Origin: an uncultured Enterobacterales bacterium | GTDB taxonomy: Bacteria > Myxococcota_A > UBA796 > CAJQPC01 | Direction of reading: 5' to 3' | DNA length: 64,000 nucleotides | Assembly (NCBI GenBank): GCA_964604165.1 | Contig: CAZRYF010000011.1 | Location: forward strand, 21,552 to 85,551 | Shown here: piece after piece, positions 17,327-26,369 of the stretch | Layout of the letters: every line of letters starts with the position of its first letter | How positions within the stretch are numbered: the stretch's first letter is position 1 | Translations under genes and position numbers: made by a program | The notes under the pieces: model-generated | Database searches by the model: none | The model's input: only the letters and a program-made list of their open reading frames with translations | What the model was told of the DNA's origin: nothing

Positions 17327-18366
17327 GGAAAACGCACCCGACTGGGCCCGGCCATGATCTCTCCAATCACGGACACCCCTTGCACGCCAGCCACAACCAG
17401 GGCTTCGGTAAGCTCCTCCACCGCCTCCGGTGCTACGGCCGCGAGCAGTCCCCCGGAGGTCTGCGCATCCGCCAACAAGAGTCGCGTGGTCTCCGGCACC
17501 TCCCCAAATTCCACCCGGTCTTCCACAGACAAAAGATTGGCCCGAGACCCCCCGGGAATACAGTTCTCGGCTGCATGGCGCCGAGCCGATTCCAGAATGG
17601 GCACCGCACCTACCTGCAGATCCGCCCCCACCCCCGAAGCCTCCAACATCTCCAACAAGTGCCCCAACAATCCAAACCCAGTCACATCCGTCAAGGCATG
17701 GACCTTCGTATGGAGCCGGGAAAAGACCTCCCCTGCAGCCCGGTTGAGGGTCGACATCAGGTTCGTGACTTCCTCCCTCTCCGCTTCCGACGCCAGCTCC
17801 CGCTTCAGCGCAGTGGTCACCACCCCGGAGCCCAACGGCTTGGTCAGGATCAAGGCATCCCCCGGTTGCGCTCCAGCATTCGCCAACACGGCGTCGGGCG
17901 AGACAGTCCCCACGACCGCGAGGCCGTACTTGGGAACCGGATCCTCAATGGAGTGACCGCCAATGACCAGCGCCCCTGCAGCATCCACGACATCGGCCCC
18001 TCCACGGAGAATCTCCCCCAAGAGATCCATGGGCAATTCCTTGGTGGGAAAGGCCACCAGGTTCAACGCCACGAGAGGCGTCGCCCCCATGGCCCAGATG
18101 TCGGACAGAGCGTTGGCGGCGGCGATTCGCCCGAAGTCATAGGCATCATCGACCACAGGGGGGAAGAAGTCGGTCGTCACCACGAGCGCGGTGGTCTCGT
18201 TCAGCAGATACACCCCTGCGTCGTCGCGGGTCGAAGAACCCACGAGCACCCTTTCATCGGTAAGGAGCGGCAACTTGCGCAGGACCTGCGCCAACTCCGC
18301 AGGGCGGAGCTTGCTCGCTCAACCAGCGCCGTGGCTGTACCTCGTGAGCTTGTGTCGATCTGACAT
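17323..18366 (-). CDS. selD: Selenide, water dikinase SelD, Sec-containing (TGA 18319-18321 read as U)
   Basis: The body matches SelD throughout (TRDDAGVY, TTDFF, DFGRIAAANALSDIWAMG, GGHSIEDP, TKPLGSG, TDVTGFGLLGHL, QTSGGLL). The frame stays open upstream across one TGA to ATG 18366, giving MSDRHKLTRYSHGAG-U-ASKL. This aligns with E. coli LTQYSHGAGCGCK, with the U at Cys17. Confidence 0.9.
18277..18321 (-). promoter_or_regulatory. UGA recoding site plus SECIS-like hairpins in selD
   Basis: The mRNA after the UGA contains AGCUCCGC-CCU-GCGGAGUU (18293-18311). It is followed by GCGCAG-GUC-CUGCGC (18277-18291), whose loop starts with G about 33 nt after the UGA. Confidence 0.55.
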
Positions 18367-18387
18367 GCCTCGGGAGTAGCCCGAGGC
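18367..18387 (-). promoter_or_regulatory. Perfect 8-bp GC hairpin abutting the selD start codon
   Basis: GCCTCGGG-agtag-CCCGAGGC lies immediately 5' of ATG 18366. It would sequester the only GAGG upstream of the start. It sits in the 62-bp divergent intergenic region shared with the HtrA gene. Confidence 0.35.
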
Positions 18388-18428
18388 CCCGTTTCCGACC
18401 ACCGCACGGCGAGGGTTATGAGGCAGTC

Positions 18429-19670
18429 ATGGGCCTTTGGTTGTTGCTTCTCCAGACCTCTCTTGCTGCGGATCGTCGAACCCCCGTGGTCCTGGCAGTC
18501 GAAGAAGCCACACCGGCTGTGCTGTCCCTCGAGATTGAACAGCCCGCCCAGCCCTCCTTCTACTACCGGTGGGAAGCCCACCCCACCACGGGCCAGGGCA
18601 GCGGGGTGGTGATCTCCCCCGAGGGCGTGGTTCTTACCAACGCCCACGTGGTGGCCGGCGCCGCAAAAATCATAGCCCACACAGGAGAGGGCAGGTCCTT
18701 TCAGGCACGGGTCATCGGCATGGACGAGGATCTCGACCTCGCCGTTCTTCGCCTGGAAGACGTGGAGTACCTCCCGTCCATCACCGTGGACTCGACCACC
18801 CCCATTCTCGGCGAGACCGTGATCGCCATCGGCAACCCCTACGGACTGGGCCTGACCGTCTCCACCGGCGTGGTGTCCTCCGTGTCCCGGGAGGTGGAGA
18901 TCAAGGAAGGAATCAAGCAGCCCTACATCCAAACGGATGCAGCCATCAATCCAGGAAACTCCGGAGGTGCCCTCGTGAATGTCGAGGGTGACCTCATCGG
19001 CATCAACACGGCCATTTTCGCCCAGGGCGAAGGCATCGGATTCGCGATTCCCGCCGAGCGAGCCATGAAGATCGCCCGGGATCTGCTGACCTATGGGTCG
19101 GTGAGAGCCCCCTGGTTGGGAGCCGACCTACAGGACATTGACCGACGAGCACTCGCGGGGACCCCCTTGGAGGAGGGCGCGGTCCGCGTGGCCGGAGTGT
19201 TCCCCGGCGGTCCGGCAGCCACCGCCGGACTTGAGAAGAAGGACCTGCTCTTCCGCGCCGACAACCGCCCGATCCGCTCCCGTGCGGATCTCAACGCCTA
19301 CCTGGCGACCCTGGAACCCGGTGCGGACATTTCCCTGTCCCTCTACCGGAACACCCAGTCAATTGTGCTCTCCCTGCCTTCCATGGCCATCCCACAAGAC
19401 CTGGGAAGCCGGGTACTTCACAAGACCCTGGGTATCTCCGTGCAGCCACGCAGTGGCGGACTCACGGTCACGGCCGCGAGCCCGACGGGCACATGGGTGC
19501 GGTCACGCCTTCGGGTGGGAGACCGAATCGTGGCAATCAACGGGGAGCGAATTCAAACGGAGAAGGAGCTGGCCGATGCCCTCACCCGCGCCAAGGCAGC
19601 CCATCGACCAAGCGCCCTGTTCACCGTGACCCGGGGACGGTCCCAGGGGACGCTGGTGGTTTCGATCTAG
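18429..19670 (+). CDS. HtrA/DegP-family periplasmic serine protease with two PDZ domains
   Basis: TNAHVV, DLAVL and the catalytic GNSGGAL, followed by two PDZ-like segments. It has a short signal peptide and a GAGG Shine-Dalgarno 5 nt upstream. Confidence 0.9.
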   Translation: MGLWLLLLQTSLAADRRTPVVLAVEEATPAVLSLEIEQPAQPSFYYRWEAHPTTGQGSGVVISPEGVVLTNAHVVAGAAKIIAHTGEGRSFQARVIGMDEDLDLAVLRLEDVEYLPSITVDSTTPILGETVIAIGNPYGLGLTVSTGVVSSVSREVEIKEGIKQPYIQTDAAINPGNSGGALVNVEGDLIGINTAIFAQGEGIGFAIPAERAMKIARDLLTYGSVRAPWLGADLQDIDRRALAGTPLEEGAVRVAGVFPGGPAATAGLEKKDLLFRADNRPIRSRADLNAYLATLEPGADISLSLYRNTQSIVLSLPSMAIPQDLGSRVLHKTLGISVQPRSGGLTVTAASPTGTWVRSRLRVGDRIVAINGERIQTEKELADALTRAKAAHRPSALFTVTRGRSQGTLVVSI

Positions 19671-19748
19671 AAGTCCTCAAGAGAGCCCTTGGGCCGCTGC
19701 AAACGCGGACAATTGCCATCCCTGCCCACCGGTGCTACATCTGCGCCC

Positions 19749-19991
19749 ATGAAGACGCACTGGGAATTGTCACAAAACGGCCGCACGTCGGTCTTGGATG
19801 TCAACGAGTCAGAGGTCTGTGTGGGCAGCACCTGCGGTCCTGCCGGCTCCATGGTGGGCAACGTGGTCAGCCACGCCGAGTTTCTGGAGGGCCGATACCA
19901 CGAGGTGGTGCTCAAGGTCTTCGGCCAGGAGACCCTGGACGAGATGATCGCCGCGGTGAGCTCCCATAACGGGGCAAGTTCCCAGAGATGA
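19749..19991 (+). CDS. Hypothetical small protein translationally coupled to a DNA methyltransferase
   Basis: It has GC-rich third positions and an ATGA overlap with the methyltransferase start. The start is uncertain (ATG 19749 or TTG 19689). No family recognised. Confidence 0.5.
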   Translation: MKTHWELSQNGRTSVLDVNESEVCVGSTCGPAGSMVGNVVSHAEFLEGRYHEVVLKVFGQETLDEMIAAVSSHNGASSQR

Positions 19992-21082
19992 AGACCCTTC
20001 ACCAGCTGTTTCCGGGTGATGCCCGGGACTTGGGAAGAATCGAGGATGCTTCGATCCACCTGGTGGTGACCTCCCCTCCCTACCCCATGATCGCCATGTG
20101 GGACGAGGCCTTCTCCACCATGAGCGCCGAGGCCAAAGCCGCCCTGGAGGCCGAGAACGGGCCAGCCGCCTTTTCGGCCATGCACAAGGAGTTGGACCGG
20201 GTTTGGGCCGAGTGCTTCCGTGTGCTGGTCCCCGGCGGATTCGCCTGCATCAACATCGGCGACGCCACGCGGACCACCGGCGGGGCGTTTCGCCTCTTCC
20301 ACAACCATGCACGAGTGTTGTCCGGGGCCGTGGACTGCGGATTCACAGTGCTTCCCGACATTCTGTGGCGCAAACCCACCAACGCCCCCAACAAGTTCAT
20401 GGGTTCGGGCATGTTGCCCGCCGGAGCGTATGTGACCTACGAGCACGAGTACATTCTCGTGCTTCGAAAAGGCGGGAAACGGGTCTTTACCGGGGAATCG
20501 AGGGAGAGGCGCACCCGAAGCGCCTTCTTCTGGGAGGAGCGAAACGCCTGGTTTTCAGATGTCTGGGAGAACCTTGGAAGCGCCCGACAAGTCATGAAGT
20601 CGGGCTCCCGGTCCCGCAGCGGCGCGTTTCCAGTGGCGCTTCCCTATCGCTTGATCCAGATGTACTCCCTGTATGGAGAGCGCGTGCTGGATCCCTTCGC
20701 CGGAACCGGCACAACGGCGGCTGCAGCCGTCATGAGCGGGCGCGCAAGCACAAGTGTGGACCTGGACTCCGCCCTTCTAAACAACATCCCGTCCCGGCTG
20801 CTGGCAGCAGTGGAGGAAGGACAAGCCACGGTGCGCCAACGCTTGGAAGCGCACCAAGCCTTTGTGGACGAGCGCCAATCCATGGGAAAAACCCTGAAAC
20901 ACGAAAACGGACCCCATAAGCTGCCCGTCATGACCCGCCAGGAGACGACGCTGGAGCTGTTGGCTCCTGTGGGCTGTCGCTCCGTCGGCCCGGGCCAGCA
21001 CGAGGCCGATCACGCTTCCCTTCCGCCTAGGCCGCAGCAAGCATTTTCTTTTGCATCCGAAGACGCCGTACGTAGCCCATAG
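19988..21082 (+). CDS. Beta-class N4/N6 DNA methyltransferase (SPPY motif), no adjacent endonuclease
   Basis: HLVVTSPPYP (motif IV) precedes the SAM-binding VLDPFAGTGTT, which is the beta-class order. Motifs ACINIGD and AFPVALPYRLI also fit. It carries a C-terminal extension of about 100 aa. Confidence 0.85.
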   Translation: MKTLHQLFPGDARDLGRIEDASIHLVVTSPPYPMIAMWDEAFSTMSAEAKAALEAENGPAAFSAMHKELDRVWAECFRVLVPGGFACINIGDATRTTGGAFRLFHNHARVLSGAVDCGFTVLPDILWRKPTNAPNKFMGSGMLPAGAYVTYEHEYILVLRKGGKRVFTGESRERRTRSAFFWEERNAWFSDVWENLGSARQVMKSGSRSRSGAFPVALPYRLIQMYSLYGERVLDPFAGTGTTAAAAVMSGRASTSVDLDSALLNNIPSRLLAAVEEGQATVRQRLEAHQAFVDERQSMGKTLKHENGPHKLPVMTRQETTLELLAPVGCRSVGPGQHEADHASLPPRPQQAFSFASEDAVRSP

Positions 21083-21596
21083 CGCACCACAGACCGAGGG
21101 CCCCGGTCAGCCAGGTCAACGGTTCAGCCACAGACCTCCACCCAAGCAGGCTCGCGAGAAAAGCCCCCCCCAGGGACCAACTGGTGGCTTTCCCCATAGA
21201 ACTGGCGTGTTGGGCCGCCACCTCCCCTCGCACATAGGGACCGGCCAAGAAGGGAATCGAGGGGAAGTGGATGATCTCCCGGCTGAACCAGAGCAGCATC
21301 CACCACCCGGGAATAATCCCCGCCAACACCATGGACCAGGCAGCGTTGACATGAAAGGCCTTGTCCAACCAACCATCCGCAACGGCACCCGTGAATGTCA
21401 CCTGGTTCATGTGACGCGCGATCATCCCGTCCAGGAAGTCGCTCAACATCGCCACGGCATATACAGCCAGAGCCAGCCGGGTGTTGTAGACCACCAGGGG
21501 GAACACCACGGCCAGGGGCAACCGCACCAGGGTCACAAACCCCGCAGGGCAAGCCAAATCCCCCCATCGAAGCCGTCCCGGGACAAGCTGCTCCAT
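21027..21596 (-). CDS. CDP-alcohol phosphatidyltransferase family protein
   Basis: Motif SDFLDGMIAR....G...D in a multi-TM protein. It has a convergent 56-nt overlap with the methyltransferase gene. Confidence 0.75.
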   Translation of the reverse strand: MEQLVPGRLRWGDLACPAGFVTLVRLPLAVVFPLVVYNTRLALAVYAVAMLSDFLDGMIARHMNQVTFTGAVADGWLDKAFHVNAAWSMVLAGIIPGWWMLLWFSREIIHFPSIPFLAGPYVRGEVAAQHASSMGKATSWSLGGAFLASLLGWRSVAEPLTWLTGALGLWCAMGYVRRLRMQKKMLAAA

Positions 21597-21605
21597 GGAG
21601 ACCGC

Positions 21606-21989
21606 TTATCGCGTTGTACGCAAGGCCAACTGAAGCTCCTGGAGAGGAACCCCTCCGCACTGGGCTACCAGCTCCTGGAGACTGTCTGCGAAGTCCTGCA
21701 CCGACGTGCCGCCCCTCTTTGCCACCAGGGCAATCCCCTGGGCCTCCAGCGCCGAGTGAAGCGCATGGGCAGTTTCAAGGGCAAACGCCCGGCGCCCCTC
21801 AGACAAGGCCGCCCGGGCCACGGCCAGCTCGTGGTTCATCCAGGACCACTGGTCCCGGGGAGCATCAAGAGTCCCCAGCCCCACCCGGTGAAAACTGGCG
21901 GGCAGGCCACAGTCATCCAGACCACAAGCAAGGGAGGGGGTTGAAATCCCCCAGAGCACCCCAAGAGCCCAGATTCGGTTTGGTTTCAC
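21606..21989 (-). CDS. Hypothetical lipoprotein
   Basis: ORF trimmed to GTG 21989 (AAGGA Shine-Dalgarno 8 nt upstream). MKPNRIWALGVLWGISTPSLAC is the lipobox. Its stop lies 9 nt upstream of the next gene's start. Confidence 0.55.
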   Translation of the reverse strand: MKPNRIWALGVLWGISTPSLACGLDDCGLPASFHRVGLGTLDAPRDQWSWMNHELAVARAALSEGRRAFALETAHALHSALEAQGIALVAKRGGTSVQDFADSLQELVAQCGGVPLQELQLALRTTR

Positions 21990-22212
21990 GACATTATCCT
22001 TTGGTAAGGACAGGTGGGCCGCGACGCCGAAAAAAGGCTGTTGGCACAAGCCAAAAACCTCCACCGCGGAGAACCCACGGAGGCACGTGATACCGTCTGC
22101 CAGACGAACGGAGCCCGGCGGTTAACCGTGCGCCGCTGCTTGTCAATGGCCCTTTGCTTTCCCGACCGTCCACACCTGATCTACACTTGGCCAGAAGAAG
22201 GAAAGACGCCCC

Positions 22213-22926
22213 ATGGCCAAGCTGGTCATTCAGCGAAAGGGCAAGCCCTCCAAGACCTACCTGGTCGAGTACCGGAACGTTCTCATTGGGAGGGGAAAGG
22301 ACACCCAGCTCCTGCTTCCGGACATTTCCGTGAGCCGACACCACGCGCGCCTGGTTCGCCGAGAGCTGGGGTACGTCTTGATGGACCTGGGCAGCCAGAA
22401 CGGCACCACCGTCAACGGCCAGCGCATCACGGAACACACACTCAAACCCGGTGATGAGATTCAGCTGGGGAAGTTCCTCCTGATCTTTCACGACACAGAG
22501 TCCGGCCTGGCCACAGACGACTACAACCTGACGGGCCGGGTCGAGTTCTTGAAGAAGGTCACCGCACTGACTGGGGAGAATGCCCACTCCACAACCCATC
22601 TCTCCAAGTCCGAGCTGAGCGATGTACGCAGCGCAGTGCGCATCCGGGACCTTGCCCGGGTGGTCTCACTAGAAGACCCGGAGGCCCACTGGTTCCCGGG
22701 AGAGATGGGCATCCGCTTTGGCGACAAGGGCATCCCCGCCCAAGGTCTGGGCAAAGCCAACGTGGTGATTGCCTGGGACCAGACGGCGCATGTCCTGCTG
22801 AAGCGTTCCGGACTGCTGGTGCCCGTGAAGGTCGGTGGCAAGTCGACGAAGCGCCACCTGTTGAGAGATGGCGACACGATTCAGGTGGGAAAGAGCACGT
22901 TCCGCTACGAGATCGAGTCCCTCTGA
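22213..22926 (+). CDS. FHA domain protein (N-terminal FHA plus degenerate C-terminal FHA-like module)
   Basis: Motifs LIGRGKDTQLLLPDISVSRHHARL, GSQNGTTVNG and GDEIQLGKF. The C-terminus has RDGDTIQVGKSTFRYE. Confidence 0.85.
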   Translation: MAKLVIQRKGKPSKTYLVEYRNVLIGRGKDTQLLLPDISVSRHHARLVRRELGYVLMDLGSQNGTTVNGQRITEHTLKPGDEIQLGKFLLIFHDTESGLATDDYNLTGRVEFLKKVTALTGENAHSTTHLSKSELSDVRSAVRIRDLARVVSLEDPEAHWFPGEMGIRFGDKGIPAQGLGKANVVIAWDQTAHVLLKRSGLLVPVKVGGKSTKRHLLRDGDTIQVGKSTFRYEIESL

Positions 22927-25475
22927 GCGTCCACTCGCAAGACTTCTCGCACCGCCTTGACCAGGAGTTCAGGAGCAAAGGGCTTGGTGAGACAGACCCA
23001 GCCGTGCTCCAAAGACGGCGAGTCCTCTGGAATCCAGCCGCTCACCACAACCACTGAGAGATGAGGGTTTCGGCGGCTCATGTCCCGGGCAAGGTCCAGA
23101 CCCGATCGTCCTGGCAGCGCCACATCGGTCACCAACAAGACCGCCCGACCGGCTTCCGGGTCCTGCAGCGCGGCCTCCGCCGTTCCATAGCCTCGGGCAT
23201 GCATCCCCTCCTCCCGCAGCAGATGCAACACCAGCTCCAAGATGACGGGATCATCTTCCACCACCACAACTGGAAGTCCGCCCAACCCCTCCTCGCCTGC
23301 TCCCAACGCCGTTCCTACGTGAATGGGCAGGTCCACCTCAAACCGCGCCCCCGACCCTGACAGTGGTTCCGCCGTACGGAGCCGCGCTCCATGGGATCGA
23401 GCCACCTGGGAGACAGCCGACAGGCCCAGCCCGGTTCCACGCCCGGCCGGCTTGGTGGTGAAGAAGGGCTCCCAGATTCGTTCCATCAACTCTGCCGGAA
23501 TGCCGGGCCCGGTGTCTTCAATGGCCAGGCGAAGCCAATCCGGTTCATCGTGGATTCTCTGGACGGACACCCGAATGATCCCTCCGTCGACCCCCATGGC
23601 ATCCCGTGCGTTGAGGAGCAGGTTCACCAGCAGCTGCTCCAGCTCCACCCTTCTGCCTTGAACGGGTGGCAACCCCTCAGCATTCTCAAGAACAATCCTG
23701 ATCTGCCTGGGCATCATGGTAGAGGCCAGCTCCACCGCAGACGCGACGCCTTCCCCCAGGTACACAGGCGAAGCGGTCTCGCTGCCCCCCCGAGAGACCG
23801 TAAGGAGGCGCCGAGACAAGTGGGCCGCACCGAGCACGATGGTCTCCATCTGGTCCACGCGCTTTTCACGAGGCTCATCCATTCCCCGACCGCGAAGCAA
23901 GGAGAGATGGCCCATGAGGGCCGTCAAGGTGTTGTTCAGGTCATGGGCCACCACCCCCGCCAGTCGTCCCACCACCTCCAGGCGAGCCGACTGGACAAAA
24001 CGGGACTCATCCGCCCGTCGCTCCGTGATGTCCCGCATGACCAGCAGCACCCTCCCATCCGGCAGTGGTTCTGCCATGCTCTCCACCCAGACCTCTCCAT
24101 GTGCAGCCTGGACCTGAAACTCCATTCTCCGGTACATGGGGGCACAATCCAGGTGTGCAGACAGGTCCTCCACCTTCTCCGAATAGGCTTGATCCTGGAG
24201 CATCCCCCCTGCCAGGTCTCTCCCAAACAGAGCCTCGGCTGCGGGGTTGCACTCCCGAATGCGGCCATTGGTCTCCACCGCGAGAACCGCATCCCTCGCC
24301 CGGGCCAGGAGCTGGTCATACCGGCTGCTCACGTCTGAAAACCGGGTCACCAGGGTGACCGATGCGCAACAGGTGAACACGCAGAAGCCTGGCGCCAGCC
24401 AGGGATTTGAAACCGCATAGGCATGCTGCCAGGCGACTTCCCACCCGGCCCCAAATGCCAGGCAGAGCCCCCCAACCAGGAGAGGAGTGATCTCCTTCAC
24501 CCCGGCCTTGACCCCCGCCAGGAGCAGGTGGGTGCACCAGGCCGCAACGAACAAGGACAGGAGATCCAAAAGCCGCTTTCCCGGGCCCAGCGCGATGGGA
24601 TCAGGCCAAACCAGAAGCACGCCCCCAAGCCCCAACAAAACAGGAGCTGCCCAGGTGGACACCTTTTCCTCTGGACTTCGAGCCAAGTGGGCGCACATCT
24701 TCAACGTAGCCGCCAGGCTGAAAGCCGAGGCAGCCACCAGCAGCCTCATGCGCCAGGTGACATCGTGAAAAAGCTCCCACCCTGCGCTTGAGACCATGAA
24801 AGGGTACACGCCAAGGGAACCGGTAAAGGCCGAGGTCCAGAAGAACTCCCGAATTCCTGGCCGTACGACCACGATGAACATGCCCATGATCGAGCCGGTC
24901 AGGAGCAGAACCGTCATGAACAACCAGCGGTTGTTCAGCTTGTGATACAGGTGGTTCAAGTCCAAATGCGACCCCAACCAGATGGTTCCCAGGGTCCCCC
25001 CCATGTCCATGGCCCCCTGCACCCGGACCTGTAGCAGGTGGGAGCCCGCTCCTGTCGAATCCGGCGGGAGCCGCGCCAAGAGAGCCTGAAAGCCGGACCC
25101 CCACGCCCCTTCCGCACCGAAATTCCCTTCCTGCGCGACCGTCACACCGTCCCAGACAATCTCCGAGGAAAAGAGGGGTCTCTCCAACAGCACCCCGCTT
25201 GTTTCCAAAGTGCCGTCCAGGGTCACGGGAATGCTCCAGGTGACACGGGCGTGGGGCGAGATTCCTACTTTCTTGAACCTCACAGGATAGGGCAGCAACC
25301 GCTGAGTGGTGCTGCCCTTGAATTCAACGGTGGCGGGCCAGGTACCCGCAAGGGAGTGGGCCACTCCAGAACGTGGCCCGGCCACCAGAAAGGTGAGAAT
25401 CGCTCCCGAGAGAAGGCAGAGGCCCAACACAGCGATGGCACGGCGAGTCAGTTTCTTCCAATCCTTGCCCTTCAT
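22905..25475 (-). CDS. Hybrid sensor histidine kinase/response regulator (7TM sensor, PAS, HisKA, HATPase, REC)
   Basis: An extracytoplasmic domain and about 7 TM helices come first, followed by a PAS-like segment. Then come the H-box VVAHDLNNTL, N/G boxes (LLLNARDAM, DTGPGI, GTGLGL) and a C-terminal receiver (VVVEDD...LLVTDVALPG...TKPF). Confidence 0.9.
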   Translation of the reverse strand: MKGKDWKKLTRRAIAVLGLCLLSGAILTFLVAGPRSGVAHSLAGTWPATVEFKGSTTQRLLPYPVRFKKVGISPHARVTWSIPVTLDGTLETSGVLLERPLFSSEIVWDGVTVAQEGNFGAEGAWGSGFQALLARLPPDSTGAGSHLLQVRVQGAMDMGGTLGTIWLGSHLDLNHLYHKLNNRWLFMTVLLLTGSIMGMFIVVVRPGIREFFWTSAFTGSLGVYPFMVSSAGWELFHDVTWRMRLLVAASAFSLAATLKMCAHLARSPEEKVSTWAAPVLLGLGGVLLVWPDPIALGPGKRLLDLLSLFVAAWCTHLLLAGVKAGVKEITPLLVGGLCLAFGAGWEVAWQHAYAVSNPWLAPGFCVFTCCASVTLVTRFSDVSSRYDQLLARARDAVLAVETNGRIRECNPAAEALFGRDLAGGMLQDQAYSEKVEDLSAHLDCAPMYRRMEFQVQAAHGEVWVESMAEPLPDGRVLLVMRDITERRADESRFVQSARLEVVGRLAGVVAHDLNNTLTALMGHLSLLRGRGMDEPREKRVDQMETIVLGAAHLSRRLLTVSRGGSETASPVYLGEGVASAVELASTMMPRQIRIVLENAEGLPPVQGRRVELEQLLVNLLLNARDAMGVDGGIIRVSVQRIHDEPDWLRLAIEDTGPGIPAELMERIWEPFFTTKPAGRGTGLGLSAVSQVARSHGARLRTAEPLSGSGARFEVDLPIHVGTALGAGEEGLGGLPVVVVEDDPVILELVLHLLREEGMHARGYGTAEAALQDPEAGRAVLLVTDVALPGRSGLDLARDMSRRNPHLSVVVVSGWIPEDSPSLEHGWVCLTKPFAPELLVKAVREVLRVDAQRDSIS

Positions 25476-25529
25476 CTTGAGAGCCTACCGCCCCCAGGGC
25501 CTCAACACCAGCGAACGCCGACTCCCCCT

Positions 25530-26369
25530 TCACTCCCAGGGTTCATCCGGAATCTCCACCGGTTCCATGTTCGGCGGATCGGGTACCGGCCACCAGCTGC
25601 CCCACAGGGTCTTTCCCCCGTCCACCGTGAGCACCGTGCCCGTCACGTAGTCCCCCGCATCCGAGGCCAGGTACGCGACCGCCCAGGCCACCTCTTCACA
25701 GCGAGCGAGGCGCTTGGCCGGCACGACGCTCTGGAGCTGGGAGAGAAAGTCCAACCCGGCTGGGTAGGTCTTGAGGCCGCTGGAAGCCACGAGCCCTGGC
25801 GCCACGCAATTCACTTGGATGTTCCGTGTGGCCCACTCCAGAGCCAGGGTTCGGGTCATGGCTTCCACCCCTCCACGTGCTGCCACCGAGTGGGCCATGC
25901 CGGGAAAGGCTCCGGTGGTGAGCATGGTGATGTTCACAATGCGTCCGCCGTGCTCCAACATCCAGGCGTCTGCCACCGCCCGGGTCATGTTCCAGGTGCC
26001 GGTCAGGTTGGTCTGGACCACCGCATCCCACCCCCCGGGACTGATACCCTCAGCAGGGGAGAGAAACTGCCCTCCCCCGTTGTTGACCAGCACATCGATG
26101 CGCCCAAAACGCTCCACCACCCGTGCAGCCAATGCGGTGACACTCTCCCGGTCGCGAATGTCCACGGTCTCCCCCACGACCTCTCGCCCCACCAACTCGG
26201 TCAGCCCCGCCGCCGCCGGCTGAATGTGCTCAGACTTGCGGGAGGCAACGACCACGTCCGCACCGAGGCTTCCCAGCTCCTGGGCCACCACGGCACCAAT
26301 GCCCGTGCCTCCGCCGGTGACCAGGCAGACCTTTCCAGCGAACAGGTCTCCTCGAAACACGGAACTCAC
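25530..26369 (-). CDS. SDR-family oxidoreductase (enoyl/dienoyl-CoA reductase-like)
   Basis: Motifs TGGGTGIG, NNGGGQF and the SVAARGG..A...LA.EW pattern. Confidence 0.85.
   Translation of the reverse strand: MSSVFRGDLFAGKVCLVTGGGTGIGAVVAQELGSLGADVVVASRKSEHIQPAAAGLTELVGREVVGETVDIRDRESVTALAARVVERFGRIDVLVNNGGGQFLSPAEGISPGGWDAVVQTNLTGTWNMTRAVADAWMLEHGGRIVNITMLTTGAFPGMAHSVAARGGVEAMTRTLALEWATRNIQVNCVAPGLVASSGLKTYPAGLDFLSQLQSVVPAKRLARCEEVAWAVAYLASDAGDYVTGTVLTVDGGKTLWGSWWPVPDPPNMEPVEIPDEPWE

Noticed and set aside
16007-17956. 649-aa plus-strand ORF across the GT87-like and selD genes
   Set aside because: Its Pro/Arg/His/Gly-rich composition is typical of an antisense shadow in GC-rich DNA. The opposite strand carries clear SelD motifs and a coherent membrane protein.
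18367-18428. tRNA-Sec (selC), selA or selB near selD
   Set aside because: The intergenic regions around selD are too short (62 bp), and no intergenic stretch in the window folds as a ~95-nt tRNA-Sec by eye. No SelA- or SelB-like ORF is present. These genes must lie elsewhere if the trait is complete.
2495-21082. Either methyltransferase as part of a complete restriction-modification or other defence system
   Set aside because: No neighbouring ORF has nuclease, helicase/ATPase or specificity-subunit features. The flanking genes are lipoprotein, HtrA and phospholipid-synthesis genes, so both are called orphan methyltransferases.
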